Assembly (NCBI RefSeq): GCF_964204645.1
Contig: NC_134027.1
Coordinates: forward strand, 2,078,485 to 2,142,484
Origin: Tubulanus polymorphus
Lineage: Eukaryota; Animalia; Nemertea
Length of the DNA: 64,000 bases
Direction of reading: 5' to 3'
In this document: positions 26,761 through 40,966 of the stretch, in pieces
Numbering within the stretch: position 1 is the first letter of the stretch
Layout of the letters: each line of letters starts with the position of its first letter
Position numbers and translations under genes: made by a program
Notes under the pieces: model-generated
Told to the model about the DNA's origin: nothing
The model's input: the letters and a program-made list of their open reading frames with translations, nothing else
Databases searched by the model: none

Positions 26761-28401
26761 AAAGGTAATCTCTCACATTTCGTTTAATAGACCTTTTACT
26801 TACTTTATGGATTAGAGAAGTGCAGATGGAAAAAATATCAAAATGTCAATTTCAATGAAAACGAAGTCACCTTTAACAGGGAATTACATTCATTACTGAT
26901 TCTATATTTTTAGAGTGGATACAGAAGCATTCAAGGGTATTACGACGAACACGGAACGTAACTTACCATCAAGCCCAAAACGGACAGAATGAAATAACAA
27001 ATCTCTCTTTAGAATATTATGTGTTTCATATTCTGTTCAATAAACAATCGAAGCATTAATTTTGTATTTGCTGTTTGTACGTGCTGGTTGGTGTTTTCAG
27101 TTCTGCCGTGAATTTACTCATTGAGCAGCAATCTTCGAATCCAAACCATTTATAAGAACAATGGCGTCTTTTGAGTTTTTATGATGGGCAAGCGTGAGAC
27201 ATGTGCGGAGAATAATACTACAGCAACCGTAATCAAATTCATGGATTGCTGCGCATTTCGTGGTACGGTCTGACAGTCGTTTCTTTATCCACAAAACGAA
27301 AACTAACGAGACCTAAAAACGCCTTTTTTAAAACCAGACATCACTGTAATATTTATTCAATAAATATATCAATTTCAGAAAAAGAATGTTAAATGTATAC
27401 TATAATATACTTACATTATAAAATATGGAGGAAAGTTTGAACGATGTAGTAGTGATCATTAGAAAATGAATTTGAGTAAAAGGAAGCTAACTATTAGATC
27501 TTTTAATTCACAGTTTATGACATAAATAGCTTAACATGAAATAGTGAGATGTTATATGGCTGGTAAATCAATTTGCAATTTTACAATCGATTTGAAATTT
27601 GGACGGCAATTCATATAAGGAATCAATCGTTGCACCAAACATTTGCTTGTGAAAGCGCAACAGTGCGCTTCTATTCCGAGATTCTCCAGGACAAAGGCAA
27701 TTAACATCCCCTATACCCTAAAACCTCATTCACTTTAAACAAATCCATCCTACCCCGCATGGAATTGAACTGCTGAACATCAACCTGGTAAAAAAGATCG
27801 TTACTGGTTCCATTAGTATAAAGTGTGTTACCAATTCGAGGGTTCAGAGTTGAGAAGGCAGAACCAGTATGATGATAATCATATTTGAGGAGTTTTTGAA
27901 GAAAATACCAAACAATTCGAAGAGGTTTCCATTGGTGATATTAAACATTTGCCAAATTCAAAGTCTGTGTCTATGAGTACTTTAGACTGTGAGCCATTGT
28001 CATATACAAGAAGAAAATACGTACATATTTTGAAATGTTTAAGACTTTAAAAATTTAAAGAGTTTCAGAGTAATTTCTCAAAATTCGAGATCGAGATCGA
28101 ATTCAAGGTCCTTCCTTTCTTCAGTTGAGTTGAAGTTATCAACGAATCGAGGAATATCTAGAAGTAAGAACCTTGAATTCATCAGAAAAACACACTATCA
28201 CTGAAATAGATTTTAACCCACGTGATCAATAAAATATATTAGCTCAAATTTCCCACTTTCAACCGCTTGAACAAAGAAAGACTTCATTTGATTTGAGTTC
28301 GAATTGTCAACAGTGACAATTGTTGTGTAGATTCAATGCTCCAAACTGAACAGTATTTCACAATGAAGACGTTTCAGTAAACATTAAAAAAATGGTCTAG
28401 T

Positions 28402-30892
<2,491 letters not shown>

Positions 30893-32739
30893 TTACACAT
30901 CCGACGATCAGAGCTGAAATGAAGTACAAATTTTTTTAGTTGCCTTCTTAAAGGTAAGGTCTATAGTAGCCTAGGATACTGACTGGAGGACAAAATATTT
31001 TGTAGCAGGCACCTGTGTTGTTGTGAACCTTCAACTAAATAGGCCTATGCGTGGGTGGCTATCAGTCATTAAGTTAATGTTTTAATCCCCCACCACAGTA
31101 GTCTAATACCTAGCCGTCATTCTACAAACAACGTTGTAGGAAACCCGTTACAACGACTGATATTCAGACTACCACCGCAGGGACTTGTAGTACTGTAATA
31201 ATTCTGTGTTTTATGTTTTCTCTTTTACATTAATTATGTTAATATCTCTTTCTAAATCAATTGCCCCATTAAGTAATGTTTTAATCTCTAAGTCTCGCGT
31301 TGTTGTCCTGCTCTATATAACTGTCGATCAGATAATGATTATATTAGTTTCAAATCAAGGACCAATAATTTTTAATAAAAAGTTATTTTGAATTCTGGGT
31401 GTATGCACGTTGTCAGTAGTAGTGTATATAATGTAAAAAGGATCATCTGACAATGACTGTTTGTTGTTGTTAGGCTAATCTAACAATACGAGACTGGATT
31501 AACCAGGTTATCGTTTTTACACTACCAACTAACTCTGATAAAAAGCTGCAGTGATTGAGTGACGTCTTCACCATAGATCCTCTGGACTTCGAGGAAGTAA
31601 GAACGCGAAACTATTTTGACAAATCTGTTTACCACGCGCTGTATCGATTATGCCAATGTGTGACATGGGTTCGAATCCTAGAAAACCTCAGAAGAACTGG
31701 GATCGGGCTTTCCACGGGACCACGGCGCCTCTGTTAGACGAAGAGTCAATGTGATTCTCCAAAACGAATAAAATTGAATACTTAAATTTCTGATATTCAT
31801 GCTTATATTTATTGCAAATATTTCAAAGCACTATCTTAATACACTAATCCAGCGCATAGCACTACAGAATAGACACTAAACAGTGTAGTGTAAGTCTAGG
31901 AAAGGGAACAACTGACAATATCAACTAAGGTCAGCTTCGTGTGTTCTTAGCATATTCAAACATACAACTCTTTAAATACAATTGCTGTAAAACTCATCTA
32001 TTTATAACATGAATTGGCAAATTATTTCACAAAGCCCAGAACCTGCTGAGTCGAACTCTATACATATTTACAACATTACAGTAAATAATGTCTACCAAGT
32101 GATAATGCGGGATTATTATATTTCAAACAGTGCAACGTAGTTGAACCCGTACATTTATCATATTAAATGCACTCATTGTCCTTGCATGAAGTAGAACTAA
32201 TTTCGGAACCACAAAAGTTCAGAAAACCCTTAACGCGACAAAAACATGGTGGAATTAACCCAGTAAAATTATTTTGCTATTTGTGATCTGTATACTAGTA
32301 TAAATGGTTCTAACTGTAAATAAGCAGTTTATTTTTACAAACTTCGTGGATAAATTGCCGTACTTTCCTTGCTTAAGTTCAATATTAAATTCAATATTAA
32401 ATCTTGAATATTATATAATTATTTTGTTGAAATTATCAAGAATTACAAATTCTCTCAGTCTAACGCCGTCTCAACTTCAAGGTGTAACGAGGTGAAAACG
32501 AGAACCCTTACAAACAGCTTCCAAGAAAATCACAAAAGCATCATCTCTACATATTATCAGCCACAGAATATTTCGTCATTCTATCTAAATATTAGCCTAG
32601 TTAAACGCGAAGAGAACAGTACAATAGATATATTTACTCCGATATATTTTAATTCAGCAATATTCCATAAACTGTAGGCTACCAGACCAGGCAGTGTGAG
32701 GCTTTCAGATCTTTATGCGGATAGCAAAGGCAATTTTAA

Positions 32740-32957
32740 GGCTAAAAAAAATTGATACCTTGTTTCTCCGCTCTGCTGAGCTTAAATGTTGACCCGGCCG
32801 GCCGCCTATCTACCCTATACATTACTTTTTTTTAAATCGTGATCAATTTTACCATAACAGACCGCCGCTATATAAATGAATTGTTTATAAATTTTATCAT
32901 ATTTTACAAAAATGACCCGGCCGCCGCGGAGAAACAAGGTATCATTTTTATTTAGCC
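32740..32957. mobile_element. PIF/Harbinger-like MITE
   Basis: TAA|ggctaaaaaaaattgataccttgtttctccgc ... gcggagaaacaaggtatcatttttatttagcc|TAA. Confidence 0.8.
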
Positions 32958-33094
32958 TAAAGTGAGAAATGTTAAACCCTGTTTCTAACACATAGATATG
33001 TAATGCTGAGTTTGCATATTCTTAATATGAAATAGTCGGGACAATACTGTAAAACGATATACAAGAAATGACTGCGAGATTGTTTCCGTTTTGT

Positions 33095-34915
33095 CTAACA
33101 TTCTTCTAGAGATGCTTGCAAAGCAGCTTCCAACATTGCGTCATCATCTTGAGAATAGTCCTGAAAATAATACATGATTATTGTAGTAGAAAAGCCTACT
33201 TCAGGCAAAAAAATTTGTTTCCTTGTTTCTCCTTTCGTCTGAGCTTGACCCGAAGTTGACCCGGCCTTCAGGCAAAAAAATGTGTTTCCTTGTTTCTCCT
33301 TTCGTCTGAGCTTGACCCGAAGTTGACCCGGCCAGCCACCTATCTACCCTGTACATTATTTTCATTAAAATCATGAATCGAGCTTACCATAACACACCCG
33401 GCAGCTATAAAAATGCACTGATTACAAATTTTATTGTGGGTTACATAATGATCCGGCCGATTAGGAGAAACAAGGTATCATTTCTTAGCCTTACCTTGAT
33501 TTTACGTTTATTACTGTATATAAAATGTATTTTACACAGATTTTTGCATCAATCTCGAAAATATGAAGCTAACCAGCCTGTTTATACTGTTTATACTTAC
33601 AACATATGTGTCGTACTCAAACCGATGTCGCAGATTTAAATGATTGATGAAATTCGAACTTTTTTGTGAAGGGTTTCCCCAAGGCATTGAGGCACAGATC
33701 GGACACACCTAGCAATACAGACAGTGATATTTAAAAAAGATTATAGGAACAATGGTCATACAGTCGAATTCACTTGCATTACTTAACTAAGTAAGTTGAC
33801 CGAATACCAAACCAAACCATAAATTAAGTGAGTAAGGCATTGACTGCAAAGGTTTTTAAATGTACTTACAACATGGGCCAAACTATGTTTATGAGTGTGA
33901 TTACAATGTTTTACTAAATCTGTAGTTGTAAGATGGTTCACACCGCAGTATGGACATTGGAATGTACATCTATTTGGAATAACGCTGAAATATAGAATAA
34001 TGAAATTCAACGTTGTAACAAAATGATGTAAATTCATGACTATACTTTTTAAAAAGATTTCAACAGCACCTTGGTAGCTTTTGAGAAGTCTTCGCAATTG
34101 GTTCAAACTTTTTGTGTCCCTGAGGTAAAGCTTTACAGTGATTGCCGTGAGAACGCAGTTTAGACAAACTCATCTGAACGAACAATATGAAATATAGCGT
34201 ATCATTATACATTCGGAAATAAGTAATATCGAAATTCGTTCAATCGTCATAATAGAATTCTACCTTTTTCGAACATCCTTTACATATGACTTTATTAGAC
34301 GATAACACTTTGTCGACATCGATGGCTTTTTTCTTTTTCTTTGGATCGAAGACAGTTCGACAAAGAGGGCATTGTGGTTCTGATAAATTAGTGTAGGCAG
34401 ACACACAATTTCCGCAGAATCTGAATTTTAGATTATCTCTATAATATATTTATTATGAATAACAGTTTGCTTCAGAGATCAAATATTCGATTGCATCAAA
34501 CATCTGGCATACATCCAAGATGATTAAAGAATTATGAAATATTATCTCTTTAACTCAGAAACATTTCAGTTACATATATATAGATATACACATGTATATG
34601 ATTCAATTGTCACATCGTATAAATGGTATCATTCATAATAACTGAATCTAACTCTATTACATGTATGCTATATAAGACAGCTGTTGCAGTACATGGTATA
34701 AACAATAACAAAGAAGTCAGCTGATCAAAACAAACCAGGAAAAAGCTCACATCTAGAGCTTAAAAATACAATTAAGAGAAAATTTCTACTTACATATGTC
34801 CACACGCTATAGTGAAAGGTTTCTGATAAACCTCTAAACAAATAGCACAGATGACATTGTCCAAATCGTCTAGATTTTTACTTGGCTTTGCTAATTGAGC
34901 CATTGAGGAAGCCAT
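33095..34915 (-). CDS. RNF166: RING-zinc finger-UIM E3 ligase, RNF166/RNF114 family
   Basis: Exons 34794-34915, 34264-34420, 34070-34173, 33870-33984, 33601-33708, 33095-33160. [23 protein letters not shown]; [11 protein letters not shown]; [11 protein letters not shown]; C-terminal [16 protein letters not shown]. Confidence 0.88.
33204..33490. mobile_element. Second copy of the 32740 MITE family, in the last RNF166 intron, with its left ~68 bp tandemly duplicated
   Basis: Shares ccttgtttctcc, gttgacccggcc, cctatctaccct and ggagaaacaaggtatcat blocks. 33200-33267 is repeated at 33268-33333. Confidence 0.8.
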
Positions 34916-35315
34916 TTTTCATAATAATATTGGAGCAAATCCAATGAGCTAGTTCAGTGATTGGCTAATGATGGCACCACTTCCTAGTAGATTCAGACAC
35001 ATTCATAGACAGCGTTCAAACTAATCGATCAATAACACTGATGATTATAATACAAAAACATATATTGTTACTACAATGATCACTTAATGAAAAACGTTGT
35101 TGTGCAATTGCAATTAAAAATAATTCATAACCAATTTGATCAATTTCATATAAAAGTTTATCATGTACATATTTTTACATCAAATTGTAAGACAATAATT
35201 TCAATTTTTTTCAAAAAAGTTAAGTCCATTATTGCTAAAGTTTTTTTCTTCTAGTTTTAGTTAATCCGATTGTAGTTTTCTGCGAGTGCGTCTTGAAACA
35301 GTTCGCGGAGGTATT

Positions 35316-38300
35316 TTACACAAAGGAGGAATAACGGGACTGAAATTTTCAAAAGAAATGAATTGTATAAGTTTAGAATTACGGTAACTGACAGGTATCC
35401 ATTCACAATATTTCATTTAAGTAAAGTACTGACCTTTCTAAAAGATCAGCTTCATTTGTATCAACCGATTGAAGAAAATCTTTCTTTGGGGTTTTGTTTT
35501 GTTTCTAAGATTCAAAAAAAAAATACAAAAACGTTTAAAGGATTAAGAATAGATGTTATGTTTTGATACTAAGTATCCGGTACTTACCGATGACTTGCTG
35601 CGCATCAGAGTCGGCCATAAGAGACTCGGTTCAAATTCTTCACGTCCATTTTCTGATTCAAAACAACCTAGAATGAAACGAAAACCAGGGTATATTTATC
35701 ATGACATAGTAGAATAGTCTGGTACACTCAGAAGTGGAGAAAACCCACACTAGACCATGACATTGAGACTTCTTTTAATTTTCCATTTTAATCCTTGATC
35801 AATGAATTTCGTTTATAATCTTAATAATTTGTACATAGTGGCTTTTTGAATGTGGTTTTTTTTGCCATACTGATAAAAATAAAAACTATAATTTTCGTTG
35901 AATAGCGCATACCAATGTTTTCTTTGATATTTGATAACATATCTTCAGGTTCTGCATCAGAATCAGGTTCCTCATTGTCTTCATAATCACCACAGTCTTT
36001 ATCATCATCGTCATCACTATCATCATCATCATCATCTAAAACGAGCTGTTGCGATACAGTAGGTGATACACAAGCGATACCAGCTGTTTGCAGAGCTTCG
36101 TTTAAATCGTGATCTTCATCAGCAGTATTATTCATAGTTTTCATTGATTTCGGTGAAATGTCCTCTGGTTTAACGGTAATATTGAATCGTTGAGATTTCG
36201 ATGGACGATTGAAATCACTAACGACTTCATTCTTTAAACGCAGATACCACTTATTATCGGAAACAGTACGAGTCATCGGTTCTCGTGTAGTATTCACAGA
36301 CGAGGCGGTATTCGTCGATTCAGAATTGTGACTACACGATACGGACGACGATGCTCCATTGTTTAACAGTTTATTATTAGTTTCATCGACGACAGACGAC
36401 CCGGAGGAATTTATATCCGAATATTCCGCAGCTGCGTCGGCTTTCTTTCGAAAAAGCTCCGGTCCGAATATTTTCAGAGTTAAATCTTCGGGTCTGTTTT
36501 TCGAATTGTGTTTCATCGGTGAGTAGATGACGCAATTAACGGTAGTTTTGACGAATATCGGTTCATCTGTGGTTGATAGATCGGTGTACGAGTTAGCACG
36601 ATGTACTTCCGCACGTACGTTTATACGAGGAGGGGCCGTCTGCTCAGATTCCAAAATCCGTTCGACCAAAGCCTACAATATAGCGAAACACATACATTAC
36701 ACATTTTGGTTTCCAGAGACTGACATAAATTATTCAACTGAAATCATTACTATGAAGTAAAACAAAGTGAGGATTTTGACATTTGAATATATTTAGAAAA
36801 GGAATTGAAACGTTGATCCTCTTTAGTTTTTTTGTGTTTAATTGCTGGTTTTTTCTGCAATAACCAACACACACTCTTCACTGAACAGAAAACCTCAAAT
36901 ATCATCATAAATGCAGTCGACTGAGACAGCAAGGATTATTAAACCGCTTTGAAGCACACGTGTAAGGTGCATGCATAAAAATGAAAATAATTATCATGAT
37001 TAAATGAACTAAATTTTGAATGATAGTCGAATCATCTGGCCGTATATCTGGTGGTGGCACTGATGCCTCATACTTGAATTACCTGTTTTTTGCCATTCGA
37101 CGGTATTTTCTTTTTTCGTAATATTTTCTGCAATGTCTTTACTTTCATTTTAGCATAGTAATCAGCATTTTTCGCAGGTGCCCTCGTCTCGGACGAGTCT
37201 GGTCTATCACTGAATGTATAATAAATACAGTAGTCTGTGTGAAATGAACTGAGGCAGAAACAACACTGATTCAGAGCATGCACACCTTATAATGCAAAAT
37301 AGTCAAGGAAAATCTGATTTTCAGACCATTTTCTTATTTTCCGTACCTTTTTCATAGACAGAAATATTTCCTGATAGCTTTTCAAGGGCCTGGAATAAAT
37401 TCCCACTTTCCAAAACCCATACAAACCCTTTTGTATCATTGTTATAAGTAACACAGACCGAGTTTTTCATCAACAGAGAGCATTGTTTTTACTTACGTAG
37501 ATTTACGTGGACGTTTTGCAGGGTTTGGCATCACTTCTTGTCTATTTATCCCGGTTATTGGTTCATCTGTATCGATATCATCTTTCTCAACATCATTTTC
37601 ACCAGTTTTTGTATATTTTCCAGATGTAGATTCAATCGAGAGTGAAGTTTCAGCGGCAGAAGTTCTCTTAGGTCTCAGCAGACGTTCGTCGCGTGGCTTT
37701 TCAGAAGTCAAAACGTTCGTACATTCGTCTGAAATTTTCGGACTTTCTGCTGGCACATTTTTGCACTCGTGATCGATGAGTCTTTGAATCATATCCTTAA
37801 AATATCAATAATAATTCTCAGTGTAGAATGAACGATCCCAGGATCAATTGAAAAAATTTCATTGATACAAACTTTTTTAAGACCACAAATGGAAAGACTC
37901 CTTTTTTTCAAACGCTTCTTTAATTCCCAAGAAGTCATTTTACCATATCTGAAATAGAGATATTAGTTTTATCATTATCCGATGATATTGATTGTTGTCC
38001 CAGATCAGATATCGATGTTAAAGTACGTATTACCTATTCATCTGACGTAGACTTGATTTTTTATCTTTCGTCAATAAACAAGAGTCTAAATGTGAATTTA
38101 TACTCTTTTCCGAAAACAATGCCTCACATATAGGACATTTCACTAGAAAATATAACAACTTATTTTAGCTGAATTTCTTGGACCTGGGATTCAATACATT
38201 CAATACCATCCTTCAAATTTGTTATTGTCCTGCACTCTGGACTTGACTACCCGAGACATTTCTCATTGAAAATGAACTTCAAACACCAGACATTAGACAT

Positions 38301-39134
38301 TTCATCAGTGCACAGAAACTACGATCGACTAAACTTCATACTTCAATACACTGGTACATATTCGAGGGAGATGGTTTCTGCAATCAGCTGCTTGTCTGAA
38401 GAAACTAACCATTTTTGATATTTCCATCTTCAGTAAATGATTCTTCTTCAACACTATCAGTAGCTTCATTTGTCGGAGATACAGCAGTTTTTGATGTTTT
38501 TGTTGAGATTTTTTTCTTGCTGTCTGTAGTAGCCTTATTACTACTGCTATTAGTCGTTTCATTCTTGTAGATTTTCACCAATTCATCGATCAATTTACAA
38601 TGAGTTATTTCCGCATTTTTTCTGACATACTAAAAAGACAGGACAATCATGGCATAAGTCGTTCAGACTATTTAAATTACTCTCAAGTTTTATGCATTAA
38701 ATTGAACAGTTACCGGTACCTTTTTACAATAAGGGCATACACTTTTAAATTTCAGAGACTTCTCAAGACACGAAAAGCAATCTGAAAAAATTAAAAACAA
38801 CACAGATATATGTGTAGGGATATTGATATTCAGTTCGACAGTTCTCAAGAAAATTAAGTTTGAGTGATTCACAGACACATCTCATATATTTCAATTGAGT
38901 TAAATAAACTTACACATGCTTTCATGATCACAAGATGAAATCATTGCTGCACAATCCAACAATTCATTGCAAATTCCACACTTCAACAAGTTACCAAATT
39001 CTTCCTAAATAAATTATATTGGAATTTTGATTTACACAAGCACGAACGAACAATTTCTTGAGAAAGGAGGCCCAGTAAGCCTTTAGGAGTCAGACTAATT
39101 AATCATCGCGTACCTCAAACATCTTTTCTTCCAT
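35316..39134 (-). CDS. RAD18: RAD18-like RING-UBZ-SAP protein with a second SAP-like motif and an acidic tail; 3' end uncertain
   Basis: About 11 GT-AG exons from ATG 39134. LLKCGICNELLDCAAMISSCDHESMYCFSCLEKSLKFKSVCPYC and LIDELVK (RING region); KCPICEALFSEKSINSHLDSCL (UBZ4, ~38034-38142); YGKMTSWELKKRLKKRSLSICG and YAKMKVKTLQKILRKKKIPSNGKKQALVERI (SAP-like). Confidence 0.72.
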
Positions 39135-39539
39135 AAAAAACGGGCTCTAATCCAATCCCTGTAATAATACAACGTTTTACGCGGAGAAAATCTGATAAGT
39201 GATCCAATTAGCATTTGAATGATGCGCGCATTCGGTGAATGTTACCCGCGGCTGCAGAGACTGTGATAGAAGAGGAAAGTGAGTTCGAATCCACTTTTTA
39301 TCTTATGTTAACAGTCCTTCATAACAACATTTTATGGATACAATAATTTTGTGAATTATCCTCTTATCGGTTAAAGAGAATCTAGGTATGAGTTTTAATA
39401 GCATTTAATGGGTGTGAACATTATTAGAATGTTGAAACAATCTCTTGGTTCCACAATCCTCCATGCGGTGGCAGCACCTTACTGATCACCGAGTTTTGTT
39501 TGTTTTATGCATTTTCTAAATTTCTAAGTCCTCCTTATG

Positions 39540-40386
39540 TAGTTAGTTACCTAATCGTTGGTGGTAAGCTTTTTATAATCGGATGGGCTTATACCAACGT
39601 TAGGGATGACAAGGACCAAAACACGGTTGAAAAAAGTAACACTTCAAAAATATACTTTATATTCACTTCAGTCCAAAATTAATGGCTTAATTCACAATCT
39701 AACACAGGTACCTTTCGAAATAATCCAATTTCATGTATGTTTCGAGTGGTTAATCAACATTATTTTGAGAAATTAATTAATTTCTCCACCAATTTCGCCA
39801 TTGGCCGCCATTTCTCTGTATTGCACATGTGGCATGATAAGACAAGGGGACCTACAAGGATTTATATAAAACTTTCAAGGCGAAACGACAATTTTTATTT
39901 TTGATGGTTTTCCAACTTATATTTCAAATCTTCAGGTTTTCCATATTAAATTATGAAACAATAAATTCTGGTAAAAGAAAAATGTGAATAAGTGTTGATT
40001 TCTTAATTTTTTTCAATTTCGTCGTTTCGCTTCGTTAGTTTGTGCTGTTGTCCTGGCCTCAGTCCACAGGTGCCACCACCTCCAGTAATTTTCAAAATGG
40101 CAGCTGTTGACCCGACGGAAATTTACTCTCACTTTACGGCCGATTTGCACATGGATTAAGATCGTCAGGTGAGGTGTTATAGGTATCAGACAAACTACGA
40201 ATCTGTTGTGCGTCGATTACAACAAAAATTAGACGGATATCTTAAGAGACAATGAAATGCCAGGCAAATTACTCGTCAGTCAAATTGGCTGACGAAGATT
40301 TCATACAAAAATGACCTTCCCATTCCTGACTGTGGTTTGTGAAAATATCCGATTGTGAAACTAAACCACAGACAGGTTACTGACTA
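39540..40386. mobile_element. 847-bp non-autonomous DNA transposon, copy 1 (TAG...CTA termini, 9-bp TSD; AcademH-like, MULE not excluded)
   Basis: ctccttatg|tagttagttacct ... aggttactgacta|ctccttatg; near-identical to 42627-43463. Confidence 0.9.
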
Positions 40387-40966
40387 CTCCTTATGCTGCT
40401 CGGCAAAAAGAATAAAACTTTGTCTTGTCTTAGAAAGGAAAGCTGTCCCGTGGACCTCATGCTTACGCATAATACTTTACCTATGACAATAAGAACAAGT
40501 CTTGATTTTCATTTCACTACATTTTTTTATTTACACAAGTCATAAAATCTTATAAGAATGAACGCAGAATAAGTCGAAATTCCATCTTTTACAATTCCTT
40601 TCACATCCTACGCCCAACACTGAACCGGTACCACACGGGAGGAGTACCCACATGATCACTTCTTCATCATATGCAAAAAGATGTAAACAAAAATCTTTCT
40701 AACGAATGTGAAATCTATTCATCATCTAAAGACAAGTTAAAACAATTTCCAACATAAACAAATTACTTGGATCTTATCACATAAGAGTAAAAGAAGTCAA
40801 GTCCGTGATGATTACGTAGCTTTTAAATATATCACAATACAAAGTAGGAACTACATTCTAGAAAATGTGATGCAGATTTTCTCGAATGTAGTTGAAATGT
40901 TGGTAATTCATAGAGTCCTAAAATCCATATATTCGTTCATATCATTTGCTAACAGTTGTTCCTTCA

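Noticed and set aside
26052-26776. Antisense Leu/Ser/Glu ORF and other alternative frames over gene B
   Set aside because: Shadow frames of the Ser-repeat exon; only the + frame has a signal peptide, splice context and promoter.
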